NCBI GenBank assembly: GCA_965285935.1
Contig: OZ260663.1
Span: forward strand, 82,646,001 to 82,710,000
DNA: 64,000 bases
Direction: 5' to 3'
Source: Ophelia neglecta
Lineage: Eukaryota
Within the stretch, counting starts at the first letter, position 1. Every line of letters starts with the position of its first letter. The notes beneath the pieces were generated by a model. The model made no database searches, was not told the DNA's origin, and worked only from the letters and a program-made list of their open reading frames with translations. A program made the translations under genes and the position numbers. Positions 13,091 through 28,245 of the stretch are shown one piece after another.

Positions 13091-16000
13091 TTATTGTCGT
13101 ATTATGTTTGTCTGGTATGTTTGATAAAACCCTTTATAGTTCCATCTCACCCCACGTTGGTGAATTGTGTTATCTAAACCGCAATATGCAAACAAGGAGC
13201 CTGTCATCTGATCATACTACTTCAGTAAATAAAATACTCCTCTTTGCTTCAATACATTTTTTCAGAAACTTCATATGTGGATAGTAATGCGGTATTTGAT
13301 ATAAAACTTACCAATGTTATGTTGCTTGTTAAAATATATCAATAAAGTGGGAAATCCCCTTCTATCTCTCGAAACCAATGCAATACGAAAAGTTAATAAA
13401 CGCCCCAAGCATAATACGAAAATTCAATAATAGGAAGGCAATATAATATATATTGTCAATACAAGTTACTAAGTGAAGGTGTTATATATCGTACACTTAA
13501 ACAAAATCAAGTTGGACCCATAAACGGCATGGATATCCAGAAGTCAAAGCAAGATCGCGTATGATTGTGAGGAAAGTTCAACCATAACCCCAACTTCCTG
13601 AAGCCATTCTCAATATTCTGTCTGTGGTGTGAACACAATACGACTCACTCACCCTCGATGTCCTTGTAACTCTCAGTCCTACCTCTGATAACTCCAATGA
13701 CAACCGATCACCCAATAATCGTATGAATCAGTCCGAATTACTTGGAGTTTGTCAAGTATAAAATAGCCTGATATCCCTTACACTGAAAATAAAAGTTTAG
13801 TAAACTAAAAGTTAAACGGGTAAGATTACAATTGCAAGTGAAGCAATAAAATGTAAACCGGCTATTGTATGAATATTATAAAAATTGATAGGCTTTGCTA
13901 TGGCGGATACGACAGCTGCCAACTCATAAAATCTTCACTTTGTTTAAATTTTATCTTACCTTTTGCTTTGTTAACTGTTTTGATAAGCAGGTATGAATTA
14001 AGTATATACAAATGTTTATCTTGGTAAGTACACTAGTTTATACACATACCTCATTCCACTTGTCATAAAAGTCGGGGTGGTCGAATAATGCAGGTGTCAT
14101 TTACATCGGAATGAATTGGAATTTGATTTCTCTTTTCACTTGAGGAGGGAATCTTGTTAACCGCATGGACTATTTTTGATGGCGGCCAACACTGCTTTTG
14201 AGATGTTCCAGATAAACTCTTTCAATAATTTGAATCGATAAGATATATCATGTGTCATATACCCACGGGTATCAGAAAAAAAGTTATAATTCTTTTGAGA
14301 TTTATCTCCGAGATTGTCGTCCAAATTCGAAAGTACAGTGTGGTAAGAAAATTGGAAATTAAAGGGCTGAAAGTAACCCACGACACCGGACACATTCTGT
14401 GGGTTATCTCTACTGGGAATACCAAAATAGAGGGGTAAATAAAATGATGGTTCAACAATACGACCATAATATATCTGACGATGGTATGATACACATGTAA
14501 CTTTGTCAAAGATGAAAACTGTAGTTCCACAAATATGGCAAACTAGTCAATAGGAGTTCGTGTATCAGATGAAATGTCTGAACTCTTAATGGTTGGTTGA
14601 TGACACAGCCTACTTAATTATATCAATTAAATTAAAGCAAGTGGCTGCCATAGTAATTTGAAAAGCCGGCCCACACAACCAGTTCATTGTTGCGAATAGA
14701 GACATTAAGAATTGATACTGATAAAAAATTTAATTGGGCAACGTTAATGAACTTATTGTCAAGAGAACAAACTGGTGAAGTTTGACCGAATGCTTTCATG
14801 GATATGTCACTTGATAACTAATCTGGTTTCTCCACTTTTTGTTATAACGCACAACGAATGCTGCCTTCTAATGCCTGCCCAAGTAGACATTGTCGTTCTT
14901 ATGGATTATGGCTGCCAATAAGTGTTAGAGCTGATTAATAAATGCTCCCAGACAATATGCGAATGACTATTCATATATTTGCAACAGTGAAGGAATGCGA
15001 TCATATGTTTTAGGTGTTGGGCATTCGTCTCCCAATCAGAATTAACAACACCTTTGAACACCATTCCATAACTTTCACACTTGGAAACAAGCATTCATTT
15101 CTAATAGGGTTTTCCAGCTGTTGGCACGGTTATGATGGCTTCATTGGTCAAAGAGACTTTCAAATTTGGCTGAATAAAGATTATATTTTATTAACGACGC
15201 ATTGACCTCCGAGGTATCAGTGGAATATATTTATATATCATATGATTACTTCGATCACGGATGATATTACGGTATTACATGATTGTGCGTGGTGGCTTTA
15301 ACCAGGCAGCTGATCTTTTTACCTAGCTGCTTTCCGGTGTACTTTAAAACAAACTAAACAACCAATACACAAACTGTGAATGAAGCTTGGTCATCTCTTC
15401 ATTTTATTCAGTTAGCGCCTTGTACCAGGCTTTCAAGGAACCCCACAAATCGACCAGCAATACGACCGTTGAGGGACTACAAGATTAACATAGCCACAAA
15501 TTCTCACCCCTATGGTACTCTAGAGGGAGATCAGCTCAACGAACTGCAAATAACAAGTTGTTCGTCTGCTCGTCTGAATTTTTTCCTCGCCATTTCTTCT
15601 GTCTGCAGGCGGGTTCCCCAGACAGCAATTGCTGACAGTGAAGCCCACGATCTGCTGTTACTCACGACGATGCTGGTCCGTTGAGACTACCAGTCCGTAT
15701 TTGGGCGATGACACAAGGGTCACGGCTGCCTAATCCGGCAATAGAAATATTGTTTGCATATCACATGAATTAAGAAAGAATTGGCTTCCATGACATCGGA
15801 CCATTTCCTTTGGTTGCCAGAAATGTCCAGATGACCGACATGAAACTGGTCTGGGAATTCTTAGCACCAAAACTGTAAACAAAAAAAAAAGACATTTTCC
15901 ACTATCATGTCCATATATATGTGTCTTCTGCATAATGCATGCAGACCCAATTGGCTTTATCATAATGTTACACAATTATACAGGTTAACAACGGCTATAA

Positions 16001-19000
16001 GCCTAATAAAAAAAAACACCATCCAAAACACAGACACCTGTCAATGTGAGAGATGTATTGTTAAATATCTAAGTAAAGAAATATAACAAATTATTTAGAA
16101 GAAAACGTTTTAGCGTGATATTAATTATGAGTTACATGAGTAATATATGCTTATCGCGAAGACCGGCTAGACCTTTATCAATAATGCAATAACATGTTTT
16201 TCAGCTGAGTATGACGTTTGTGAGTAAAAACCAAATAACACAATCCAAGAACAAAGCCGGCCAAAGTGTATGTTTACAATACTTGAAAAATCGCGGTTGT
16301 CATTATCCTCCGTTGACTAAATTGGCCCAGACTTTCATATTGGAAAATTCAAATTTTGTTCAGTTTGGCCACTTTTTTTGCGATCTTAGTAACTTAATGA
16401 TTCATTTAAAGCAAACCAAACAAACAATTGAAATAAGAATAGAGGGAAGGGCCTTGTCATCGGCTGTTTTGATTGAGCGTGACGGAGTCAATCATGCGGG
16501 TAATAAATGGCGTCTGCTTAGATGTGCACAGCGGTTTGGATGGCAGTTGTTTAATATTGATATTCCGCCTTTAAACACCCGGTGAAATGGCGGCGTGTGC
16601 CACATTATGGAATCATGGAACCTCCTGGAAAGGTCGCGGGTCAATCAATCGAATGGTGTCCATCTGCAGGGCACCAGAAAGCTATTCGTTCACACGATAG
16701 GCGGGCATTATAAAATACCTTATGTTTACCTTCCACTTGCCAAGTCCAAAGTCCAAATTTACTCTTAACAAGTAATAACCATAAAATTGTAGGCCTGCCT
16801 TAATTCCTATATGATTGTCCTATCACTTCCTCTGCTTATACAATAAAAGCATGTGACATTGCAAAGCTAAGTAACGTGTAACCCAATCCTTAAGGTTTTT
16901 AACAACCACAACTTTGCTTAAAAAACTTGACATGGACGGGGCAGACGAGCATTGTATAATGACCATAATTATTGCTGATGAAAGAACACTCGTGATTTCG
17001 ATGTTTCTCTCAGTGAAACATGACACGCGAATATATTATATATATCTGGTGAGGGCCATTACAATAAGCAACGCTCGCGTCAATAGCTCTACCTCCTGAG
17101 TTATCACATCAGTTTCAGTGAATACAGCTATTATTTAAGTTCTTGTTTCGCCTTCTCCAAGGTATCTATTTGATGTCTCATTAATCTTCTGCTTGAAGTA
17201 AACTACAGAGTTCTTCTCCCTCCTCTTCGTAAGATGATCTTTTGTCGTAGGGCGGAGTCCCCATGTAAATAGGACCCACGATTCAACCTTTTTTATACTG
17301 AAGAAGAAAGTTGATGAAAAAGCGCTCCTTTGCAAATTCCTAACAATATAGACAGATGGGAAAATTACAAGGTACATCTTCCTCTGGCTAAACTGCCAAA
17401 TAGCTCAGCTGGGGGTCCAATCGTCTTCAGACACCGAGACGGCAAATTCATTGTAATTTACTCTCAAACTGGCGACTTTAAACAATTTTTTCTGTCACCA
17501 ATCACAGATGTTACTTGAAGGGTTTGACTTGGTACCCTTTTCAACAGATATCCAACACAGTAGGTGAAAACGACGAAAGCTGGACAAGGTGTCACGCCCT
17601 CAAGCAGCAGACGACATTAGAAGCTCGACTTCAGGAAGAATGGCAATCACGCTGTGATGACAACCACGATTTACCCTTACCCGAGAAATGTCAGTGATTG
17701 GTCTGATTGATGTCAGGAGAAATTAACTCGAACTCGCCGTTTGATACATGATTATTAAGCTTTATTTGCACAGCAGGGGTGTATCAGTGTTTTCTTGTGG
17801 CCTATTATAGACCCGTGATCAGCATCCGTCCGCGGAGTGAGTTGTGATGAATACATCCCGAGACAAATGAACTTATAGACTAGTTTTGGTTGAACCGGAG
17901 AGGTCACATTTCAATGAAGGCATTTAGTACAATTCAAAAGCCTTCAAAGAGTTAAGAAAATCAGAGCAATTATCCCGGGCAGAAATCTTAAACAAGGTTG
18001 ATTAGAAACACGGGCTGAGAGTACAATTTATTACATTGCAATGGAATAGTTGAAATATTTAAAATTCAAACATGAGGGACAAAATTATAAGCAGATGAAT
18101 ATATAGAATGTATATCTATAGAGCGCACACGATTCGGTGTACCCGATGTTTCAAGTTCCATATCTCAGCTATTATCAATCGTAGTATCCTTAAAATAAGT
18201 TACTTGCTATGATAAAAAATGGCCTATACACTTAACTTACGCCACAATTTCTTTAGGCCACGAGTCTCCGGTAAAAAGGAGGGATTTAGACATAGAATTC
18301 GGAGCTGATGGCGAACAAACCGAATGACCTGACCGAGCCAGAAATGTCTATTGTATTAAATTGACATATGCTTGAAATAGTTTGAGATATGCACTGCTAG
18401 TAGATGCCACAGATCAATTTATGCAAATGCCGGGGGTTGGGTGTACTTTGAGACTCCCCAAGCTGCTACTCATTGACAGGCCATAAAGACAAAACTATGG
18501 TACTCTTTGACGCTAGGTAAAATACTGAATTGGGCTGAGATTATTAGTACATTGGTATCAATGACAAAGATTGAGGTATCGCTTCTCCCCGATGTAGATT
18601 TGCCCTGCAAACTTGTGTCAGGCACCTGATGAAGTGTTCCACTTAAAATAGCCTATAACATTGTTAAAGCTATGCCTATAAACATATAAAGGAAAGGAGT
18701 TTCAATATACCGGCTCTAAGCCGCTGACAGAATAGTGTGGCATAGCCCTCTCCCCCCTGTCACTACAGTTCATCACCTAATACATCAAATCTCGCGGTAT
18801 TGTCCCCTATTTGTGGTATAATCTCGGCAATACCCACAAGAAGGGGATTAAAAGGCGGCAAGCTGATAATTTGACGTCGGCAGACGACCTAAGGCTGAAT
18901 ACTTGTAAGATTTCAGCAATCCAGGTGGCCACTGAACATGATGATACGTCACGTGGTTACCACTAAAACATGGCAATAATAATTCAAAGTATAATTCAAA

Positions 19001-20840
19001 GTTGGTCTTTGGAAAATATATATTTACAAATTTACACGGACGTATTTCACATATTGAAGTAACAACAAAGTAATCAGTTACAGTTAAATACGTATTTCAC
19101 TAGACCAATGAGGATTGGAGTCCTAATGTGTATAGATACCCTCCTAATAAATGATCTTCGATAAAAATATTATAATAATTTAATAATATTATATCAATGA
19201 TATACATCTATATAAAAATCTCGCGTGAAATCTCGAGATTTTTCCCCTATTGCTCATCTTCCAAGTTTAACTAAGGCATTTTTCACCTAAATGTTTTGTC
19301 AGAATGTGTTGTGAATTTCGTCCATACATAGATTGTGTCAGGAAAATCTGCGATTACAAGGCGCAGTCGGGGCTGAGAATTAAATTAATAGCGGCGTATC
19401 TGCAGTAAATTGAGGTTTTACTGAAGGCTATTGAGTTGTAACTATAGCTGTGAATGCCTTCAACACAATATTGATTAACTTCAGTATATATACGGATCCA
19501 AAAATGGAGTCATTACACAGAATCTTACTCCACCTGATGGCGTGATCGCGAACTCTAGCTAGTGGTGAGTTCTTCCTCTTTCGAGTAATGGCGGCATTTC
19601 CTTCGAAATGTGAAGATTACTCAGCCAGCATTAAACGATTCGATTCGAAGGCCAATAAGGCCATTTTAGAAAATAAGGTATGCGTAGAGTTTAACGAGAC
19701 TGCAGTCGTTTAAGGTGATCCACTTACCAAAGGTGATACCACGTGAAACTTTATAATAAAACAAATCTAATTAAAATAAGTCCTTGAGAAGGAGGTGAGC
19801 AGCGATTAAACGTGGCCAAAAGCAAACAGTCACAGATCTAAACTTTGGTACTAAACTGTTCTCGCTTGTTAACCAAGTGGCTTCAAAACGATAGACTACT
19901 TGTAATTTGTAATTTGTCGGAGGCAGTCACCTCCTTCTCCGTTTGACGGCAAATTATTTTCAGTCGGATAACATCTTCGCCTTTTTCGATTTGCTCCGCG
20001 GTCGGAAGATGGCAGTCCTGCATCTGATAGGGGGCAACTCGAGTCTCAGGGGTTTACCACTTCGTGAGAGCAATTTCAACTTGCTAAAGTGTCCATAGCT
20101 GCAGTAATAGCTCGCCGAATAAAGTGCTTATCAGCGCCACCGTGAATACAAAAAGGCCGGAGATGGCGAGAGGGGATTTGCTGGGAGCTGATATCGGTTG
20201 TGGTTATTAGGCGAACTTCGAGCCGGATCAGTATATCTGGGGTATCTATAATTGGCGAGTTGGTCGCCGACACCTGGGTCTGAGATTGAACCACAGATAG
20301 GGGTGGGTTGCATGCCCGTGGCACTGCCTCCTCCTTCCCTACCATCCCCTGTCACCTCCCTATCTCAAATCACCATCGACCTTTGCTGAATTGTAGATCA
20401 GAGCAAGGGCAATAAATACATATCATATTGTCTGATTGGGGGCCCATCGGAATCAACATCCATAAGACTGAGTTATTACTCAGCGCACATCCCCGCCTTA
20501 CGCTGATCACTGTACTGAGAATGACCTCAGACCATCGTTGTTAAAGTATAATGGGAGTCTCCGTGTTTGAATGTCCACCAAGGCCCCGATGACAAACACT
20601 AACCCTTAACAGAGAGCCCCACTGTCTTATAACTCTATAAAGTATATAGTAAGTCAGCCGGACTATATACAGATATTCTAGTAGGCTATATGGGATTCGT
20701 CCTCGAAATCCTGGTTAGTCACGTCCCTCGGTATAAAAATACCGATATATTATGTCCCCCCGTCTTTTAACTATAGGCAGGGTACTGACTCAATGGGACT
20801 TGATAAAATGTTACATCCAGGGTCGCAATATCCCTAACTA

Positions 20841-21009
20841 CCGTGAAACCTGCTAATAAAGGCCGCCCCAGGGAATGAAAAATACTGGCCTGATTTTAGA
20901 GACGGTCTGGTTATTTAAAAGTGAAAACATAAACATTGTGTTCATAAGTGTTGTCTCAATCGACAGAGTGGTCTTAATGTAGAGGTGATCTTTAAAGCAC
21001 GTTTCACTG
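20841..21009. mobile_element. Related, degenerate pogo-type MITE
   Basis: Imperfect TIRs CCGTGAAACCTGCT / AGCACGTTTCACTG, TA on the left flank, similar length to 648-825. Confidence 0.7.
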
Positions 21010-24000
21010 CATGTATGTACACCAAAATACCACTGGAATTAAACATATCAAAGTGTTTGTATAAGCTTTATAACACCAATAAAAGGGCACTTTTTAGCCA
21101 ATTAGTCGTGCTTTAAGAGCTACAATCTTATTAAGTCATTAACAAGGATACAACAGCTAGGCCTAGTTTGTATAAAATTATGCTTATCCATCCTTTACGG
21201 AAGAAAACTTGAAAATTTCTACGGCACTACCCGAACTCATTTGACTTTATTCCCTTTGCCTTGTGTTCATCCCCACGTCGGCGACTGACTCTAGGTTTAC
21301 ATGCAACGAGGTGCAGAACACACAATTATCCAACCCGTTACATTGTGCCGGGCAGAGCAGCTTTTTTTAATTGGCGCCAACCAAGCCTTAATGGATTCAC
21401 CTTCCATCCATTTGGGAATAAGATTAATTACACAATTAATAATTAGACATCCAAGTAAACCTGATTTTTAATATATAATTAAAAGCCATGCTAAAAGAGA
21501 GGGTATTTAGGTTATACGATATTTCAATGCGGTAGGGAAATATAAATTACAGGTGCGAAATATTACAACTCGTCACATAGCATATTATAAAACAAGACTA
21601 TCAGAAAATATCGTTTTTCATTTTAATGTGTCAAAAAGGCAAACGTGTCAGCATAAAAACTGTGAATAATGACTGAAAACTTGATAATACAAGGTTTTTA
21701 AACATCATAAAATGTATCCAATATGGCGGCTTTCGGTCCAATTTCCGGCTATCAGTAGTGTATGATTAGCTGTCATATCATCATAAAACCACCTAGGCAT
21801 CAAGTATCCCAGCGTCTGTGGCTATCGGGGTGGTCCGATCTAGGCAGAGGGATCTTTTACACCAAAGTGAATTGAAACTTTATTTCCCCTTTCAAAACCG
21901 TTTAACGCTTATCTGGAAGCAGCCTAAACAGGTGTGTACCCAATACAAAACAGTCCAGGCGCGAAATAAGCGTCCACGGATATAACCATTTGTCTGACAT
22001 TTAACAAAAGGCACCATTTAAACGTCACCCACCGTACTGATGGAAGGCGGATAAGCTAAAATTTTAATAGATGAAGTCAAAACTGGCGAGGCACTTCACC
22101 TATCGTATTTATACATGTCCCTTACCGCGGAGAATAAAACATTTAGGTGCATATTATCTGATTAAGGTTGGTATTTTAATTGAGCTATGTTGATTGATGG
22201 TTACACTGTAATTGTCGTATTTTGATTAGATTATGACAAGGTTAATTAGTTCTATCAAAGATGCGTACAACAAGTATTATTGATGATATAAGCATCTCAG
22301 GCGCATTTAAGTCTATGGTACAACTCAATTGATACTTGGTACACTTGACAAATATTGCTGATTAATGAATTTCATTGTTAAAAAACACATAGTTTTCCAT
22401 CCTATTTTAAAAGAGAAATTTATCAGCTGCATCAACATTTTTTTTTTCAAAATGGCAGGAATAAATGAACATAAAAGTTTACAGGAATATTTCACTATCC
22501 TGCATTCTATATATTTTATATTTATATTTGCTGTCAAATGCTTGCCAAGCTAGAATGCGTTTATACGATACTCCGCCTTTTGTTTAAAATCTCTTGTGGC
22601 TTTAATAACAAACCAATAAGTTACAAGCTTAAAGAATTCATAGTTTATTCGTTCAAATACAACAGGCGACATGGGCATATATAAGTCTTGAATACAAAGA
22701 ACGAGACGAGCCAGTTAATAAGAATGCAGACGACTTACACCGCTTTTAACTTAAATCAGTAAAGTTCTTAAACGATGGTAAATACAACACAAGTCTGCTC
22801 AGCTGTCGATGACTGTCAATACTAATTTATCATTCATGTTCTGCCGAGTACTGATGCTAAACAGTTTCCTCAACATGGCAGCATCGAGTCGTTAACGTCC
22901 CGGCATCCACCAGAACGAATCACATAACAATGTTTGACCAAGCGACCATCTGTTCCACTAATTCTAATGACAAATTAGCGAAGCCAACGTGTTGTGTTTC
23001 TGGATTTCTATATGCCTTTTAAATGAAATAGGTACAACAGACGGTGTTCAGATTGGCTTCCAAGGTGATTTGAAATAAGCCATCGCCAATCACCGACTTT
23101 CTGGAGGCTAAATATAAATGTTATCAGCTGCTCCCGTGGTCAACGAAACAGGAAAGTCGAAAGTCGAATGACCTGGTATTTGTACATGAATATCTCTGCG
23201 TGTTTTGCCAACACAAATAACCAAATGCAAAAGCTCTACAATCTTGCTATAGTGCTATATTGATGTTTATTTATTTTAAAAATTGAAATAATACGCCTAT
23301 AAGTTAAATTTGGTCCAATGGTCCAAAGATTTAAATATTTCTTCAACCAAAAGGGTACCCATGAGTCGGATCGGCTTTAAGTATTTTCAGTCATTGTAAC
23401 ATCTATTACTATCGGCCTAATGTGTGAATGCGGGAGAAAAAGCTGTAGCCTGCTTATTCTTGAAGGTACTTGCTTCACTTTAATTTATTCTTCCATAAAT
23501 AAATGCAATTCAACTTAACTGTATTGATAAAAGTCCCTGCTGTCCCCTTTTCCTTTTCAACAATAATTTATATCTTCTGTTTTATCAATATACTTAGTTT
23601 ACTTCAAAAACCTATTTAACGTTATGGGCTACTAATCAGCGAATTAAAAGCAATAAAATGGCTAAAAAATACTAAATGTTTTGAGCAAAGCCTTCGGATT
23701 CTACTAAATCATTGAAGCAGTTAACCGTTTTTAAATCCGCGCCAGGATCGATCACCCACCGACTGCTGGGTTATAACAAATGACCAGCTATCTCATTTCC
23801 CGCCCTAGCCGACACTATCGTCTGTCTCCTAATAAATCACTGTCGTGTAAAATTCTCTATTTGTCTTTCACTGGTCTTAATCAAGCTTTAAACAGTGTAA
23901 CAACGAAATAGGGAGGACACGAGAGTTCAATAGCCTATCAGTATGAGAGCTTAGCCGCTCCTACATATCACCCCACGCTAATCCGCAGTCTCCAACGAGC

Positions 24001-25640
24001 CGGGTAGCGGCTTCACAAATCGTGGTCGGTCTAGTTTATTACCCGTACTTTGGATAAAATACGGATTAGCCCGGCTCTGTCTGGTTTATCGACCATCGAC
24101 CGCTGTCATTTCGCGCCAGGCTGAGGCTTAATTGACTGAGGGCCCGGTTGGCCGGACTACCCCACTCGCCGGTCCAGGGGACGAATATTCACAAGCCCAT
24201 GGCGTGGTTCATGAAGAGTAATTCGAAAATAAATTTAGAATATAGAGACACTTAACCTCTTTATCCAAACAGCCCGTTTGCCTCAGCATGTAAGCAACTG
24301 CCCAATATCATTGGCCATTGGAGCGCCTCGCTGCTCTTTGTAACTGAACGCGGCAATAAAATGTAACTGCAGAAACCACCAGTAAATACTTGTAGGCATA
24401 TACCCCTGAACAAATCATTGAAACCATTGGGCATTAAACAGTTTAGAAATTAAAAAATGACATCATTATTATTTTTTCTGTGCGCTCGGCCAATGTCCTA
24501 TCAAAACAGATAAACACCGATTTATCCTTGAACAGTTACCATATCGGGCACTATGACCTTTTCGTGCCCCTTAACTGACATCCACTCAAGGCACCGAGAG
24601 AATCCTATTTATTCATAGACCTATTTGTTATCCATTTCCATAATCCATAAACGGATTTGTGTCTGATTGCCTGTCGAAGGAGCACAATAAGAAGTGACAT
24701 GAAGGAATATTGGCTAAATATGCTCTTGACTAGAGGCCCTTCCCATATCCTGTTCACATTGTTCTTACCCTTTGGGAATTGCTTATTTAGACCTTTGCCT
24801 GTCTACCAAAAACAAAATAATAAGCAAGTATTTATGGAAATAATTAATAAATTATATTGTCTATGCTCCCGGGACATTGCGAATGTAATGTCATTTGTAT
24901 CATGCTTAAGCCATAATTATTTCAAAAAAGGCCAAATAAAATTTATTATGTGTTTCCGGTAACCCTACCGACCGTCCAAAATGGGCAAAATGAAAATTTT
25001 ATTTTATTTTCTCGTACTGAATTTCATGGCATGCAATTCACTACCAGAAATACCACAAACCCATCGGTTTATGTAATAAAAAATTACAAAAAAGTATTTT
25101 TTTTAATACTATTTTAAATGGAGTGAATTGTCAGATTTGTTCATCAGAAATAAACAACTATTTGTCCTGTTAATACTGTTACATGTTGCTTTAACATATG
25201 TTGACAGAAGCCCGAAAAAGTTACAGCGAAAAAACATTAAACATTATATAATAAGTTTCCTTTTACTTCTAAATATGAAGTCCGTCCTCAAACAGCCCCC
25301 CCCCCCCCCCAGCGCTGCAGCCGGACATGCGTCACCGGAAGCCGGGCATGTTCAGTCCGCAGGCAGCCGCTCTCGCAGGCCTGCGCTTATCGTGTGGGGA
25401 CTTACAGATACGTTTGGGGGTGTGTGAGCACATTTCAATATACATGTATATGCAGGTCAATGCCAAAGAAGCATTGGCATATTATTGTCTTTTTCGCTTA
25501 CCATATATCCATTTCTCGAGCAACATTGTAAATTGTTTACTTATCAGGAAACATGTGAATTATTAAATATTTTCATAGGTTCCAATATTTTGACCAGGTG
25601 TTGAAGTATGAAACTCGTGCGATGAACTGTTGTTATTATG

Positions 25641-25646
25641 TTTATT
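25641..25646 (-). terminator. Candidate polyadenylation signal of Tbx20
   Basis: AATAAA on the minus strand about 490 nt after the stop; other candidates lie near 24.9-25.0 kb. Confidence 0.35.
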
Positions 25647-26130
25647 ACGAAGGCTACCAACGTACATAACGACACAACCAATGTACATAACGATTCAACC
25701 GAGAGTGTTTGTACAAACAAATAAGTTAAGTTTAACATAAACTGACATAACACTGGCGTCACCACTTATTATTAATATCATTACATTGTCTATTGGCTCT
25801 ATTGTCTCAATATGCAAAAGTAGAAGCAATAAGTGACAGTCGCAAATGGGCGATATTAGAATGTCTGGATATACTGAAATTAAAGTCACACATGCGTTCA
25901 CATATCAGAATGATCCAATGACCCAAATGCGTACACGATGAGATTAGCATAGCCCAGCCTGCTAATATGTCCCCAGTGTACAGTAATGACAGTTTCCGCA
26001 AAGGCATGTAAAGTTGATTTTGTGTGTGAAAAGTCTGCAAGATGACACTAAAGTTCCATCAACTAGCCATTAACACAATTCCACTGTTTCACCTCTTTAC
26101 ACATTAAAAAAATGCTGTTTCCTTGGTATC

Positions 26131-26528
26131 TCAATCCAGAATTGGCGAGTCTAACCGTTTTCTGTGCTGGCTGGCCATGGCAGCAGACGACAGATACGGA
26201 TGGTACCGATGAGCATACAAACTGGACGGATATATATTTCCCGCTCCAACATTTCCTGGAGAATCCTGGGAGGCGTAAAATCCAGCTGTGGGGCCAGCTG
26301 CTAGACTAGAAGGTAGCGTCCCGGAAGTAAATGGGTTCAAGGTGAAGGTCGGCAGTGTCCCCGCGGTGCTGCTGAGGCCGTACAGACTATTGTACATGCT
26401 GTACATACTACGGTCTGGGAGGTAGGCGCTGTGAGGGAGCTGCATCAAACGACCAGCTGTCACAGGGCGCCAAACTGGAAACGGAGACTGTAATCCACCG
26501 GCTCCAAGTCTTTCTAGACCATTCTCAT
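26131..26528 (-). CDS. TBX20: Tbx20 terminal coding exon 8 (S/P/Y-rich C-terminus)
   Basis: TATTTCAG acceptor, in frame with ORF 26131..26463, contains HRYHPY, ends at TGA 26133-26131; total CDS 1464 nt is divisible by 3. Confidence 0.9.
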
Positions 26529-27495
26529 CTGAAATAAATATGGCGATTTAATTCAAAAACAGTTTTGCTGGTAGGGCTAACGCTAACCACTACTTTGGGC
26601 ATTCAAAAATAAAACACATGAGGCAAGGGCGGAAGCGCGGGGGGGGGGGGGGGGGGTTACGAGTTCCCAATACTTTTTTTTAGTAATGCATGAGCTTTTG
26701 TACATTTCTAGGTCCAGGCCTGAATACAGCTTTAATCAATGACCAGCAAATAACACAATACCACTATATAACCTGATGTATAAATCTCCTTTTCAATGAA
26801 AAAAGGTCCCCTTGTTCTAACAAATAGGCCACACTGCCATGAAGATTGGCTTAGCCTTGGCCCGAATGACTTATTTATAACGATTGGTTCCCCAGTGAAG
26901 CGGGCTGCAGTCTGAAGGCCTGCTCACAGAATTGATGGTTACAGATCTGTGGTTGCAGAGACATGTAATTTAACGCGTCACTTGGCCGCTTATAGCCACT
27001 CGAACAATTAAAGTCAAGTGGACGACAAGTGGGGAGAGGACGAAATAAGATCAATATTTGTACTTGGTACTCAAATCTCTTTATTTTATAACGACTATTC
27101 ATTGTCCCAATTATATATATTTGTCCCAATTATAAAGGTTTTACGGATTTATTTAACCCACCGCAGACTCATAAAATGTACATAAACACACACATTTACA
27201 GATGGGAATATGAACTTCAGAAAGATTGAGGACAATGGTATATGTCAATTTAGAGAATGCTACCCACAACACCCTAGAGGAGTTCCCAATTTATTATACA
27301 AATGGCAGAGGCTCAGAAAGTACACACACAGAGCATCAAAAACACACTATTTTAAAAGCAACACCACAATGTGAAAATGCCTACTTTTTACGGGTTTAAA
27401 GTACAAGATGAAATATGTACTTATAGTTAAATTAAAGCTTAAACGTTTAGAAAATAACATTTGGTTTTCATAGAGGAGACACATAGTTTACACAC

Positions 27496-27608
27496 CTTTG
27501 CAGGTTCCTAGGTGCGCCTTAATCGACTCCTCGAATTCCGTGTCAGTGTAGGAGCGTAGCGGCGAGCGTGCGTACGTGTGCTGCTGCATCAGACTCTCCA
27601 TGCTGTCC
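27496..27608 (-). CDS. TBX20: Tbx20 coding exon 7
   Basis: TTACAG| DSMESLMQQHTYARSPLRSYTDTEFEESIKAHLGTCK |GTGTGT; resembles human ESVESLIQKHSYARSPIRTY; 113 nt keeps frame with exon 8. Confidence 0.92.
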
Positions 27609-28245
27609 CTGTAATAAATCATTGATTTTAGTATTGGATAATACAACGATTTATACGTGTACCCATTTATTTACGTTTATTAAGAGAGTTGTTGTGCAAG
27701 AGAATTTATCAATATGTACCGTCTGGTTCCTATATAGAGCAAATGTTACAATTACATATGTACTGTCTAATTAGGCCTACAAATAATTAATTGAACTTAC
27801 ATCACGGAGCCGGGCGGGAATGGGCCACTGAAAAAACAAAGGGACTTAGTTAGATTACATATATTGCGTGGTCAATTCATAACAAACAGGTTCTATGCAG
27901 GCCTATACAGGTGTTTAGAATAGCCTAAAGGAGGCTGTCACGTGTGCATCATTTATGTTATCGCTATGCGCGTTTGTTTAGATAAAAAGATGGCTTCGGA
28001 AAAAAAGTGTCAAGGCCGGAATTTGTGCAGAATTCCCCTCATAAGAAGTCCCCCCCCCCCACCCCACCCCACCCTCCCTCTCTCCGCTTTCCATACCCGA
28101 ATACGTTCTGACACATCAGACCTGTGCCTTGGAAAGAATCAACTATATTAAGACTGGTGTAACTCCTTGGGTTTATCTAAAGAGCACATTGGCATATGTA
28201 ATTGTCCCCTAAAACTGGAAGTTAAGCATAAGATAAACAACTTAC

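Noticed and set aside
25846-25860. 15-bp match between the Tbx20 3' UTR and the reverse complement of about 59146-59160
   Set aside because: Isolated, not extendable, and absent from the other copy of element A
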